DNA of 63,427 bases, filler included, from an uncultured archaeon (GTDB taxonomy: Archaea; Iainarchaeota; Iainarchaeia; Iainarchaeales; 1-14-0-10-31-34): the NCBI GenBank assembly GCA_964442255.1. It is 3 parts of 3 records of this genome, joined end to end, with 100 filler letters (N's around TTAATTAATTAA, not from the genome) between each part and the next. Parts side by side here need not be neighbours in the genome. Positions count along the whole stretch, not along the records: positions 27,989 to 55,655 come from CAYTYC010000018.1; 2 more parts are not named here. One strand, given 5' to 3'. Both the position numbers and the translations under genes were made by a program. A model generated the notes under the pieces. That model did no database searches, was not told where the DNA came from, and was given only the letters and a program-made list of their open reading frames with translations. Position 1 is the stretch's first letter, and each line of letters starts with the position of its first letter. Below are positions 39,548 to 49,366 of this stretch, in pieces.

Positions 39548-40765
39548 TCAGTCCAGTTTCTGTTTTTTTTCCAGCTGGGAAATCCTTTCCTTTATTTGGT
39601 CAAGCTCGGAGTCATAGTTTTCAGACTGCTCCGAGAAAACCTTGTAGGATATGAGCTGCTTGTTGAAGTAGTCGTCCTGCAATTGCTTAATCAAAAGCAG
39701 GAGCCTTTTTTTGCGCCTTTTAAGCCTTACCCGCATAAAGAAAACCCTGGCTTCACGGAATGCAAGGAAAAAAATGTAGGAAAGAATCAGCACAGGCACA
39801 ATCCAGAAAACCGCGTTTTCCTTGAGAAGGTAAGTGTAGTAGCCGGAGGGCTGGAGGTAAAACCTTTCCTCGCCGCTGTTTCCGTGGGGGTCGTCGGCTT
39901 CAAGCACCACGTGCAGGAGTTCGTTGTTCAGGTCCGCGGTTGGAAAAACTGCCTGGAAAACCCCTGCATCAATTTCCTCCGCCTGCACCCTGTTTCCCGC
40001 AACGGAAACGAAAACCCTTGCCCCTTCCGCCGGCCGGCTGTTGAGGTAAAGGGGCCTTACCCTTACCGCAAGCTTTTCCCCGAACTGGAATTCCTTTGCC
40101 TTGGGGCTTAGCCTTTCAAAGGAAATCGGCGCCCCGTCAACGGTGATGGAAACCTTTCCCTCGCCCCCAAAAATTCCTTCAAGGGTTTTTTTTCCCGCAG
40201 TAACAACCAACTCCCACCTTCCCAGCTCCGCGTCAGCGGGAATTGAAAGGTTTTGGAAGAGGTAAAGGCCGTTTCCGCGGTGAATCATTTCCTCCCTCCT
40301 GCCTGAAGTGCCCCACAAAAAGACTTTCGCGTCCTTTACGGGAACCCTGTTGTCTTTCACCACCACGCTGACATTCATTGTCGAGGTTCGGTGGTAAACC
40401 GCCGGGCTGGGGGAATTGAATCCAATGGAATAATAGCCGCATTCAAGGGGCGGGAAAACCCTGAAACTTTTTTGCGCTGTTTCCCCGCGCTCTTCAGCCA
40501 AAACAATCCATTCCCCTGCGGGGTCGGAGCATGAAGTCGTGTAAGTGAAGGAAAAACTCCTGTCTGACTCAACCCTCACTGTTTTTTCCTCTATCTCTTT
40601 TTTTCCTTCAACCGAAAATATTTTCAGGCTGACGAAATTTGTTCCATTGCCTGAAACAATTATTTCGTCGCCTTTCGTGAAGGAGCCGCCGTTAACGTCA
40701 ACTGAAAGGGAAAAAACCGCGGGCAGCGCGCAAAGCAGGAAAACCAGCGCCAAAAACTTTTTCAT
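39548..40765 (-). CDS. Secreted Ig-like protein with C-terminal TM and cytoplasmic tail
   Basis: Signal peptide, beta-rich domains, LQDDYF tail resembling the next gene. Confidence 0.75.
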   Translation of the reverse strand: MKKFLALVFLLCALPAVFSLSVDVNGGSFTKGDEIIVSGNGTNFVSLKIFSVEGKKEIEEKTVRVESDRSFSFTYTTSCSDPAGEWIVLAEERGETAQKSFRVFPPLECGYYSIGFNSPSPAVYHRTSTMNVSVVVKDNRVPVKDAKVFLWGTSGRREEMIHRGNGLYLFQNLSIPADAELGRWELVVTAGKKTLEGIFGGEGKVSITVDGAPISFERLSPKAKEFQFGEKLAVRVRPLYLNSRPAEGARVFVSVAGNRVQAEEIDAGVFQAVFPTADLNNELLHVVLEADDPHGNSGEERFYLQPSGYYTYLLKENAVFWIVPVLILSYIFFLAFREARVFFMRVRLKRRKKRLLLLIKQLQDDYFNKQLISYKVFSEQSENYDSELDQIKERISQLEKKQKLD

Positions 40766-40794
40766 CCAAACCCCTTATATTAAGGAAAAGTTAT

Positions 40795-42807
40795 TTATAA
40801 CCGTTTCCCGCTTTTCTTTTTTTCGGTTTTTTTCTTTACAGTGAAAAGCCCGCCTTTTTCGCTTTCCCCCTGCGGACGGCTTCCCTTTTTGCCGAGCCTG
40901 AAAAGGGAAACCTTTTGCCCGGGGGAATCAACAATCGTGTCCTGCTTTTCCATTTCATCCTCAATCCTTTTCGCTTCCTCGCCTTCCATGCCTTTTTCCT
41001 TTCTTTTAAGGGAGGCGATTGTCGCCTCAATGTCCCTCAACTCCGAACTGTACTGGTTCAAAAGGCTGTAGTATTCCTCGCTTGTGATTGCCCCCCTGTT
41101 GAAGTACCTGTCCTGCAGCTCTGACTTGATTTTTTTGAGCTCTTCCGCCCTTTTCTTCAGCGAGCCCAATTTTCCCCTTCTTCTCCTGACAACAAGCAAA
41201 ACCAGGACAACGGCGGAAAGCACCACAAAAAATGACGCGGCAAGGAGGGGCTGCCTTCTCAAGAAGTAAAGGAAGGAAACATCGCGGTTGATTTCAAGGG
41301 AAATGCTTTCGGCCCCGGAGTTTCCGTAAAGGTCACTGAATTCCATTGCAAGCTCAAGCGAAGATTCAGAAATTTCTTCCCCGGTGAGGGGATAGCTTGC
41401 GGCGTAAACCCCCCCTCCGAGTTCCCTGACCTGCAGGCGCTCGTCATTTAGGTAAAAAAATGTTTCAGCATTTGCCGCCGGCTGGCCGGAGGAATAAGTC
41501 AGCTTAACCCTTGCCTTAATTTCCTCCCCTAAAGCGTAAAAGCTTCTGCTCGGCTCAATTACTTCGCTTCTTATCTGTGCCTTTTCCACAATCAATTCAA
41601 CAGGCGCAGAGCCGCTGTATGTCACGGCGTTGAAGTCCTTTTTCGCGAGAAGAAAAATGTTTTGGTCGCCCAACGGAAAGCCGACAGGAATGTTGAAGGA
41701 AAGGCTGTATTTTCCTTCCCGGCCCTCCCTTAATTCAAGGATTTTTTTGTCCGGAAGAATTGCCCTTACTTCGGCGTCCTTCACCGGCTTTCCCTCAAAG
41801 TCAAGGGAAACAAGGAGCTTCACTTCCTCGGCCCTTTCAAACACCTTTTCCCGGGGGCTTAAAACGCCGAGGTCCAAAAACCGTGTCAGGCCTTCAACCG
41901 AAAACGGCACTTCAAACTCCGCTTTGCCAAGGTTTTTTTCCCTGTCAAAGGCCTCAAAGGAAAGCGTCCAGGTTCCGGGGGGCTGAATCAGGCTGGAATG
42001 GTAGTCCAGGGAAAAGTTTCCGTTTGAGTCAGTGAAAAGCTGTTTCCCGTAAATCAGTTCACCTGATTCCGAAAAAATCTTGAATTCAGCCTCCCTTGAA
42101 AGAGGGGTTCCGCGCTTTGAAAGGTTTCCCTCCGCATAAACCACGTCCCCCATGGAATATGATTCGGAGTCAAGCTCAACCAAAAAGTCAAGGGACGGGT
42201 CTACCTTCACAACCAAAACGTTTTCGTCGCTCACCCCTGCAACGTCCGCAATTATTGGGACAGTGTAGTCGTTTTTTTCCGTGTATTCAGGAATTGTGAA
42301 GCCGCCGGCATAAATTCCGTCATTCGCAAGCACATCCTGGTGGTTTCCGTCGTCGTAAAGGTGCACGGTTCCTACAAACGTGTCTGCCCTGACATTCGCG
42401 TTTTTTGCGACCGCGCCGTCGCCCTTCACCCTTGCCCTGAACAAAAGGAAGTCCCCGCGCATGAAAACCGCGTTTGCGTCCGGCTTCAAAACCTCAACCC
42501 TGACCTCTTCCGGCGGGCAGTCCCTGGAGCAGTTCGCGTAGTCCTCCCCGGCCTCACACAAATCGTTTCCGCAGCAGTTTGGCTTGGAGGTTGCGCGGCA
42601 TGTCCCTGTAAGGCAGGTGTAATACTGGCACAAAACCCCTGGCACGTCCCCGCCGCAGGAGCCGCAGTCATTGGGGCAGCTGCACCTGTCCTCATTGGTT
42701 TCGCAGGTGCCGTTGTTGTTGCAGGCCTGGGCGGAAACGTCTTCCGGAATGCCGGCAAACGAAAAAAAAAGCAAAGCAAAAACCAAAACCTTCAGTTTGG
42801 GGTTCAT
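40795..42807 (-). CDS. Surface protein: Cys-rich N-terminus, LYDDG..D...NDGIY motif, Ig-like domains, TM
   Basis: Signal peptide, CPNDC/CSRDC repeats, LQDRYF tail. Confidence 0.8.
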   Translation of the reverse strand: MNPKLKVLVFALLFFSFAGIPEDVSAQACNNNGTCETNEDRCSCPNDCGSCGGDVPGVLCQYYTCLTGTCRATSKPNCCGNDLCEAGEDYANCSRDCPPEEVRVEVLKPDANAVFMRGDFLLFRARVKGDGAVAKNANVRADTFVGTVHLYDDGNHQDVLANDGIYAGGFTIPEYTEKNDYTVPIIADVAGVSDENVLVVKVDPSLDFLVELDSESYSMGDVVYAEGNLSKRGTPLSREAEFKIFSESGELIYGKQLFTDSNGNFSLDYHSSLIQPPGTWTLSFEAFDREKNLGKAEFEVPFSVEGLTRFLDLGVLSPREKVFERAEEVKLLVSLDFEGKPVKDAEVRAILPDKKILELREGREGKYSLSFNIPVGFPLGDQNIFLLAKKDFNAVTYSGSAPVELIVEKAQIRSEVIEPSRSFYALGEEIKARVKLTYSSGQPAANAETFFYLNDERLQVRELGGGVYAASYPLTGEEISESSLELAMEFSDLYGNSGAESISLEINRDVSFLYFLRRQPLLAASFFVVLSAVVLVLLVVRRRRGKLGSLKKRAEELKKIKSELQDRYFNRGAITSEEYYSLLNQYSSELRDIEATIASLKRKEKGMEGEEAKRIEDEMEKQDTIVDSPGQKVSLFRLGKKGSRPQGESEKGGLFTVKKKTEKKKSGKRL

Positions 42808-42877
42808 TTCATTTCACCTGGCTTCAGCCCATCCGCCAACTTTCGTTCCATTCGGGTTCCATCAACTAAAACTCCTT

Positions 42878-43795
42878 TCACTTTAATTTAAAGCCTTTGT
42901 CCTTTAACGCCTTTTCCGAGAGGATTTCAATCCCTGTTTTGGTTATCTGGTAGGGGACCAGCCTCTTTTCGTGGTTGGAACACCTTAATTTGAGGATTTC
43001 CAGCCCGCGTTCCCTGCTTCTCCCGACCTTGATGTTGTACAGCACAACAACGCCGTCCGCAAGGAATTCCTCAATCCCTGTCCTGCTGTAAACGCCGGGA
43101 TCCTGCTCTGTTTCGGAGATAACAAAGTTGACGGAATCGTACTGGTCAAGCGAGTCAAACATGTGCTTGATGTAGTAACGGTAGTTTTCGTTGTTGCCCA
43201 TGAACGCAACCGAAAGAGCGGACAAAGAGTCAACCACAATCCTGTCAGGAATAAATGGAAGCTCAAGCTGTTCCACCTGCACAAGCAGGGCGCGCCTCTG
43301 CTTAATCAAGGAGGCTTCAACGCTGCGCGCTATCTTGAAGGGATTTATTTTCAGTATTGCTAGTTTTCCTTCCCTTTCCAGCTTGTCCAAATCCCAGCCG
43401 AAATTCCGCTGCATATGCCTTTTCAGCTTTACGGGAGATTCCTCAAACACAATGTAAACCGCCTTCTCCCCGTTCATTATTCCGTTGTAAATAGACTGCA
43501 TGCAAAACGTGCTTTTTCCTGTTCCGCAGCCACCGGAAACAAGAAGGGTTGTGCCCCTTTCAACTCCCCTTCTTTCAACCAAATCATCAAACTTGCTTAC
43601 CCTTATGGGGACAAACCTTACTTCTTTCTCTTTTTTCCTGCCTTTTTCGGGTTCCCATTTTTTCACCGAAACCCCTTTCGGGACCTCAAGGCTTTCAGCT
43701 TCCGCCTGAACCGGCTTTTCCTTTGGCTTTCCTTTTGCGGGCTTTTCCTCGCGGATTCCGCCCGGGCGCCCCTTGAACCTGATTCCGAAAGGCAT
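42878..43795 (-). CDS. KaiC/RAD55-like RecA-superfamily ATPase
   Basis: GGCGTGKS, FEE, RIVVDSLS, LADGVVVL, ILKLR. Confidence 0.9.
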   Translation of the reverse strand: MPFGIRFKGRPGGIREEKPAKGKPKEKPVQAEAESLEVPKGVSVKKWEPEKGRKKEKEVRFVPIRVSKFDDLVERRGVERGTTLLVSGGCGTGKSTFCMQSIYNGIMNGEKAVYIVFEESPVKLKRHMQRNFGWDLDKLEREGKLAILKINPFKIARSVEASLIKQRRALLVQVEQLELPFIPDRIVVDSLSALSVAFMGNNENYRYYIKHMFDSLDQYDSVNFVISETEQDPGVYSRTGIEEFLADGVVVLYNIKVGRSRERGLEILKLRCSNHEKRLVPYQITKTGIEILSEKALKDKGFKLK

Positions 43796-43986
43796 GCTCT
43801 TAATATATCGCAGACCCCCTATTTAAACCTTCCGTTTTTATATAACATTTATATAATATAAAATTTATATAAAAATTGGTTTTTGGTTTTTTATTCCCTT
43901 CAACTGCGCCCCCGTGCGCCGGCACGCCTGTGTGCCTCCACGCTGTTTTAAATCCTTTTCCGCCCTTATCTCCTGAAAGTGGTTTA

Positions 43987-45132
43987 ATGGAAAGGGTTTG
44001 GGCAGGCGAAAGGGAAATTCTTCTGGTCGGCACCGCGCACATCAGCGAGGAGTCGGTTAAAGAGGTTGAATTGGTTCTTGAATCCGAAAAGCCTGACGTT
44101 GTGGGCGTGGAACTGGACGTTTCCCGTTTCCACCAGCTCAAGTACGGGAGAAGGTGGAGCGAAACAAATGTCGGGGAAATAATCAGGAGCGGGAAAACCT
44201 ATCTTTTTCTCCTCAACCTTTTGCTTGCAGGCATGCAGAGAAAAATCGGGGCAAGCGTGGGGGTTAAGCCCGGGGCGGAAATGCTTGCCGCAATCCGCCT
44301 TGCGGAAAAGCATTCAATTCCCGCCGTGCTGCTTGACAGGGACGTGCAGGTCACGATGAGGAGGGCATTCCGGCTAATGGGGTTGGGGGAAAAAATACGC
44401 ACCGGCCTGGAAATAATTTCCGGCTTCTTCGGGGAAAAGGAGCCTGTCACAAAGGAACTGATTGAGGAGATGAAAGGAAAGGACTTGATGGGAAAGCTGA
44501 TGGAGGAATTAAGCGAAAAGGCGCCCACAATAAAAAAGGTTTTGGTGGACGAAAGGGATGAGTTCATTGCGCAGCAAATTCTCAGAAGCCCCGGAAAAAA
44601 AATCCTTGCGGTTGTGGGCGCGGGGCACGTTGAGGGAATAAAAAGGCATTTGGCGGAAAGGAAAAACATTTCCTGCCTTCTTTCAGTCCCAAAAAAGCGG
44701 AGCACGCTGAAGTACGTTAAGTATTTGGTGCCCGGGGCTTTCGCCGCGGTGATTGCCTACGCGTTTTTTGTGAAGGGTTTTGCCCTGGGAATACAGGTTT
44801 TTGCGTTGTGGTTTTTGATTAACGGCTCTCTTTCCGCGCTGGGCGCGGCAATTGCGCGGGCGCACCCTTTTTCAGTCCTTGCGGCCTTCCTTGCCGCGCC
44901 CTTCACTTCCCTTCACCCGGCCATTGCGGCGGGATGGTTTGCGGGAATGGTTGAGGCAAAGTTCAGCCAGCCGAAAGTGAAAGACTTTGAGGCCCTGGGC
45001 GAACTGAACTCCTTCAGGGATTTCGGAAAAAACAAGGTCACAAAAATCCTTTTGGTTACGGCGTACGCGAACGTGGGCTCCGTGATTGGGACGGTGATTG
45101 CGCTGCCGTACATTGTTGCGCTGTTGTTTTGA
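43987..45132 (+). CDS. TraB/GumN family protein
   Basis: LVGTAHIS, VELD..R, KPGAEM, DERD, VVGAGH, C-terminal TMs. Confidence 0.92.
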   Translation: MERVWAGEREILLVGTAHISEESVKEVELVLESEKPDVVGVELDVSRFHQLKYGRRWSETNVGEIIRSGKTYLFLLNLLLAGMQRKIGASVGVKPGAEMLAAIRLAEKHSIPAVLLDRDVQVTMRRAFRLMGLGEKIRTGLEIISGFFGEKEPVTKELIEEMKGKDLMGKLMEELSEKAPTIKKVLVDERDEFIAQQILRSPGKKILAVVGAGHVEGIKRHLAERKNISCLLSVPKKRSTLKYVKYLVPGAFAAVIAYAFFVKGFALGIQVFALWFLINGSLSALGAAIARAHPFSVLAAFLAAPFTSLHPAIAAGWFAGMVEAKFSQPKVKDFEALGELNSFRDFGKNKVTKILLVTAYANVGSVIGTVIALPYIVALLF

Positions 45133-45260
45133 TCCCTTCCGATTTCCCGGGGAAGGCTCTTTCAGCCAACCCCCAAAAAGACTTTAAACGGGCGAGATAA
45201 ATAAAACAAGACTTAAAAGATGTAACACAACTAAGTTTTACGAAATAAATAAACGGTGTC

Positions 45261-46049
45261 GTGCGCATGGGCTTAAGGGAACTTGAACAGGAAAGCATTA
45301 ACTTACTGCGGGAAGCAAAAGCGGTATTTAACAATCTCTGCGTTTTGTGGAGCACGGGAAAAGACAGCACGCTCTGCCTGTATCTCTGCAAGAAGGCTTT
45401 TTTTGGAAAAATTCCGTTTCCAGTAGTTCACCTGGACACAGGATACAAATTTAAGGAAATGTACAAATTCAGGGACCGCCTGGCAAAGGACGGGGGGTTC
45501 AAACTGCTGGTAGCAAAAAGCGACAAAAGAATGTCCCCTGAAAAAGACGGAAAACTTGCGTGCTGCACCGAATTGAAGACAAACACCTTAAGGCGTTTGA
45601 TGAAGGAAAAAAAGTTTGACGCAGTCATCGTCGGAATAAGGCGAGACGAACACGGGGCCAGAAACAAGGAAAGGCTTTTTTCCCCGCGGGACAAAAATTT
45701 TGAATGGAAATACCGGGAACAGCCGCCCGAGGCATGGGGGCTGCTTTCAAACCACACAAAAAACCACATGCGCATCCATCCCCTGCTGGGCTGGACCGAA
45801 TCAGACGTGTGGGAATACATAAAAAAAGAAAGATTGCCTGTAAACAAACTCTATTTCGCTGTAAACGGAAAAAGACACAGGTCACTTGGATGCACGCCCT
45901 GCACAAAACCGGTAAAATCAAACGCCTCAACAGTCAAGGAGATAATAAAGGAACTTAAAAAAAATCAATCCCATGAAAGGGACGGAAGGGCACAAGACAA
46001 AGAGGAAGCCTTTGCAATGCAGAAGCTGAGGGCAATGGGGTACATGTGA
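45261..46049 (+). CDS. cysD: Sulfate adenylyltransferase subunit 2 (PAPS reductase family)
   Basis: WSTGKDS, HLDTGYKF, GIRRDE..RNKER.FSPR, QPPE.W, RSLGC, GYM end. Confidence 0.88.
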   Translation: MRMGLRELEQESINLLREAKAVFNNLCVLWSTGKDSTLCLYLCKKAFFGKIPFPVVHLDTGYKFKEMYKFRDRLAKDGGFKLLVAKSDKRMSPEKDGKLACCTELKTNTLRRLMKEKKFDAVIVGIRRDEHGARNKERLFSPRDKNFEWKYREQPPEAWGLLSNHTKNHMRIHPLLGWTESDVWEYIKKERLPVNKLYFAVNGKRHRSLGCTPCTKPVKSNASTVKEIIKELKKNQSHERDGRAQDKEEAFAMQKLRAMGYM

Positions 46050-47224
46050 AGGCGGGGCAAAAAAAAATGAACGTCCTAATGCTCTGTATTGATTCAATGC
46101 GGTTTGATTGCCTCAACCATTCAGCAGTTCCCTTCCTCTACAATTACACTGAAAAAAAAGGGCAGCTTTTTCCGGACTCTTTTTCCCATTCCTCTTGGAC
46201 ACGGCCAAGCATTGCAACTGTTTTAACCGGGCTGCTTCCCCAACAACACAGGGTAGAATTCATTGAAAGCAAATTAGGGAAAGAAAAACAACTGCCGGAG
46301 TTCTTCAAAGAAAAAGGCTACGCCACCGCCTGCTTCAGCGGAATCAACCAAATCGACCCGGTCTGGGGTTTCCGGGGATTTGACGAATTTTTTTCCAGCC
46401 AGGTTGACAGCGTACAGCTAAACAGGCGGCTGATGAATTTTGTGCGTGCGGCGAAGGAAAGCAAAAAAAAGTGGTTTGCTTATGTTCATTACGCTGACCC
46501 CCACTTTCCGTACAATATGAGCACCTCCTTTTTCAAGAGAAACCCAAAAAAAGAAATCAAAGAGCTCCTTTGGGACGCGTACAATAAAAAACTAAATACT
46601 ATTGACTGCTGCATCAACCAATTATTTGATTTTCTGAATGGCTTGAAGGTAATGAAAAAAACCCTGGTGGTTGTCTTTGCGGACCACGGCGAAGAGTTCT
46701 GGGAACACGGCCACAAAATTCACGGAGGTTGTTTGTGTGATGAAGTGCTGCACGTGCCTTTAATCTTTTTTCACCCAAAAATGCCTGCAAAATGCCGCCC
46801 AAAAGTTGCAGGGTTAGCCGACCTGGGGCCGACAATAACAAAAGAGGCGTTGAAGGAAAACCCCTTTAAAAAAGGAAAAAATCTTTTTTATTCGGGTGAA
46901 AGAAAACACATTTTTGCAAGGACATACCTGAACGCTCACCATTCTTTTGCTTCCGGTGAACTGCTTGAATGCGCAAGGACGAAAAAACACAAGCTTTTAA
47001 AAAAGAGGATGAATTTTCGTTTCAGGTTAAAGACAGATTCTCTCAGGGAACCGCATTACTGGATTAAGCTGGCTTATTCTTTGCCTGTTTTTTTCCTTTT
47101 CTTGTTAAGAAATCATTTCAAAAAAACCGTTTTTGAATTGTTTGAACTGCAAAAAGGGGAAAAACGGGTTTCAATTGCCGAAAACAAAGATGCTTTCAGA
47201 AAGCTTCGTTCCCTGCTCGAATGA
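46046..47224 (+). CDS. Sulfatase-like alkaline phosphatase superfamily protein
   Basis: IDSMRFD, WTRPSIATVLTG, HYADPHFPY, ADHGEE, HVPLI. Confidence 0.82.
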   Translation: MKAGQKKMNVLMLCIDSMRFDCLNHSAVPFLYNYTEKKGQLFPDSFSHSSWTRPSIATVLTGLLPQQHRVEFIESKLGKEKQLPEFFKEKGYATACFSGINQIDPVWGFRGFDEFFSSQVDSVQLNRRLMNFVRAAKESKKKWFAYVHYADPHFPYNMSTSFFKRNPKKEIKELLWDAYNKKLNTIDCCINQLFDFLNGLKVMKKTLVVVFADHGEEFWEHGHKIHGGCLCDEVLHVPLIFFHPKMPAKCRPKVAGLADLGPTITKEALKENPFKKGKNLFYSGERKHIFARTYLNAHHSFASGELLECARTKKHKLLKKRMNFRFRLKTDSLREPHYWIKLAYSLPVFFLFLLRNHFKKTVFELFELQKGEKRVSIAENKDAFRKLRSLLE

Positions 47225-47316
47225 TTCCCTGCCTGCTCAAGAAAGTAATCGTTTGGATACTCACTCAAATCAACAAACCTTTTTTGTTTGCATGCCCGTT
47301 TTCTTCCCTAAAGGAA

Positions 47317-47637
47317 CTATTCAACTTTTGTTCCGGGCGAAACCTTTTTGTCGGGTGAAAGCAGGGAAATGTTTTTTCCGTCCACTGCGGCGAGAAGCAT
47401 TCCGTTTGAGATAATGCCGGCGATTTTCGCTGGCTCAAGGTTTGCCACAACAACAACCTGCTTTCCGGCCAGCTCTTCCCGGGAATACGCGCCCTTTATT
47501 CCGGCAACCAGCTGCCTTTCCTCCCCGCCAAGGCTTACCCTCAATTTGAAGAGCCTGTCCTTTCCCTCAACGTCCCCGGCCTCCAAAATTTCCGCGACAC
47601 GGAACTCAAGCTTTTTGAAGTCATTGAATGAAACCAT
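47317..47637 (-). CDS. Stand-alone tRNA-binding OB-fold protein (MetRS C-terminal/CsaA-like)
   Basis: SFNDFKKLEFRVAEI, RQLVAGI, NLEPAKIAGIISNGMLLAA. Confidence 0.9.
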   Translation of the reverse strand: MVSFNDFKKLEFRVAEILEAGDVEGKDRLFKLRVSLGGEERQLVAGIKGAYSREELAGKQVVVVANLEPAKIAGIISNGMLLAAVDGKNISLLSPDKKVSPGTKVE

Positions 47638-47648
47638 TTTCCGCCACT

Positions 47649-48116
47649 TCAACCAAGGGAGCGAATCATCTTAAAAAACAATCCCGCGCAAACCAGCGCG
47701 GAAAAGTAAAGGGCCGCAGGCGGAAGAAATGCAACGAAAGGGCCTAACACAAGCGCAACCCCGAAAACACCGAGCCGGAGGGCGCGGAACTTGCTGTGCA
47801 CCGCATAAGGCATGCCTTTTCCCGTGAAATGCACGGCAAGAAAAACAAGCGAGTAAAGCATCAATGCAACTATTGCAGCAATCACGGGAATCGGGAACGC
47901 GGGAATGAAGCCTATGCAGCAGATTACCTCGGAAACGCGGGAAACAAACTGCCTCACAAACAAGTCTTTTTTTTCCGGGGAATGAAGCCTTAATTCAATG
48001 AACGCAATCGCGAGAACCGCAAGCCCCGAATTCAGCCACCCGCCGGAAAGCGCAAAGTAAGCCGCCGCAACGGAAAGGGGAAAAGTGAAAAGGAAAAATT
48101 TTTCTTTCAATCCCAC
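47649..48116 (-). CDS. Membrane protein
   Basis: 155-aa hydrophobic ORF in an operon. Confidence 0.6.
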   Translation of the reverse strand: MGLKEKFFLFTFPLSVAAAYFALSGGWLNSGLAVLAIAFIELRLHSPEKKDLFVRQFVSRVSEVICCIGFIPAFPIPVIAAIVALMLYSLVFLAVHFTGKGMPYAVHSKFRALRLGVFGVALVLGPFVAFLPPAALYFSALVCAGLFFKMIRSLG

Positions 48117-48126
48117 GGAAATGCCT

Positions 48127-48807
48127 TCATTTGTCGCTAATTAATTCGTTTTTAATCAAGGGAGTGTAAAGGTGGATGAGCATGGAGGACTTTCTCCCAA
48201 ATATTTTTGTCCGGCCTTTCTTTATTTCATTGTATGCTTCCTCAACCGAGGAGCAGTTGACTTCAGTGAAAGCCCTTCCCACTTCTTTTGGAAGGTGGCC
48301 GTCGCTTCCCGCGGTCTTCGGGAGAGAGTTTTTTTCCGCAAACTTTTCAGCCTTTTTGTTGAAGGAACTCAAATAGCAGCGCGAATTGAATGCCTCAATT
48401 CCGTCAACCTTTTTCTTCACTTTCTCCAGCCTTTTGAATCTTCTCCTGTAACGGTCAAAGGGGTGCGCAACAATCGCTAATCCTCCCTGGGCGTGAATTT
48501 CATTCAGCACTTCAAGATAGTTGCCTGGCCTGATTTCCTTGTTTATGAATAACGCGATGTACTCTCCCACTGCTTCCTCGCCGTCAAAGACCTGCACCTC
48601 TTCTCCCCGAATCCAGGGGACGCGCATTTTCCTGGACAATTTTTCCGCCTCCCCCCATGCACCGATGCTGTTGTGGTCTGTCACCGCAACCCCCATTCCA
48701 AGGGATTTCGCTGCCCGGAAAATCGTTTCCACGCGGTTCACTGAATCCGCGGAATGGACGCTGTGGGTGTGCAAATCCAGCCTCATTTTTTCACGGCCTG
48801 AAACCAA
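48127..48807 (-). CDS. PHP domain phosphoesterase
   Basis: DLHTHS, VTDHN, AHPF, GSDGH. Confidence 0.92.
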   Translation of the reverse strand: MVSGREKMRLDLHTHSVHSADSVNRVETIFRAAKSLGMGVAVTDHNSIGAWGEAEKLSRKMRVPWIRGEEVQVFDGEEAVGEYIALFINKEIRPGNYLEVLNEIHAQGGLAIVAHPFDRYRRRFKRLEKVKKKVDGIEAFNSRCYLSSFNKKAEKFAEKNSLPKTAGSDGHLPKEVGRAFTEVNCSSVEEAYNEIKKGRTKIFGRKSSMLIHLYTPLIKNELISDK

Positions 48808-48864
48808 AGCAAATAAAAGTGCATTTAAATTAATTACTCCTGGAACTATTATAAGGCAATTGCA

Positions 48865-49356
48865 ATGATCTGCGTTCTTGCTTTAATTGTTTTGGGAATT
48901 GCGTCCGTTTTTTCCGCCTCGCACAGGCCTTTGGCAAAAGAGGCATTCAACTGCGTTTTCCGCAGAGTTACGCTCAGAAAGTGCCAGACAGGCTTTGACA
49001 ACAAAATGAAAATGAAGATAACGGGAAAAATAATGAAAAGAAGCCCGAAGCTGAGCGGAATGGTTTTCCGGCATTTTGAGGCATTAAGCTGGATTTTCAT
49101 GATAATTTTTTTCGCAAGCCTGGTTTACTCCGCTTATTCGGCATACAACATGGTTGTCTACGGCTCCTGTGACCCCGAAAACCCGGAGCTGTGCGTGATA
49201 ACAAACGGCGTTTCCCCTGCGGCAGAGCTTTCCTCTGATGAAATGGCTGAAAGTTGCACCTGCGAATTCGGGACAGAAAACTGCACTGCATCCGATTATG
49301 CGGCCTGCGGCACGGACTGCGGGTGCCTTGAAGGCAGGTGCCGGAGCAGCGGATGA
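48865..49356 (+). CDS. Membrane protein with a Cys-rich tail
   Basis: LAKEAFNCVFRRVTLRKC; two TMs. Confidence 0.7.
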   Translation: MICVLALIVLGIASVFSASHRPLAKEAFNCVFRRVTLRKCQTGFDNKMKMKITGKIMKRSPKLSGMVFRHFEALSWIFMIIFFASLVYSAYSAYNMVVYGSCDPENPELCVITNGVSPAAELSSDEMAESCTCEFGTENCTASDYAACGTDCGCLEGRCRSSG

Positions 49357-49366
49357 GGTAAATTAA

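Noticed and set aside
43876..43986. N-terminal extension of TraB in the ORF track
   Set aside because: Family homology begins at ATG 43987; the upstream part looks non-coding
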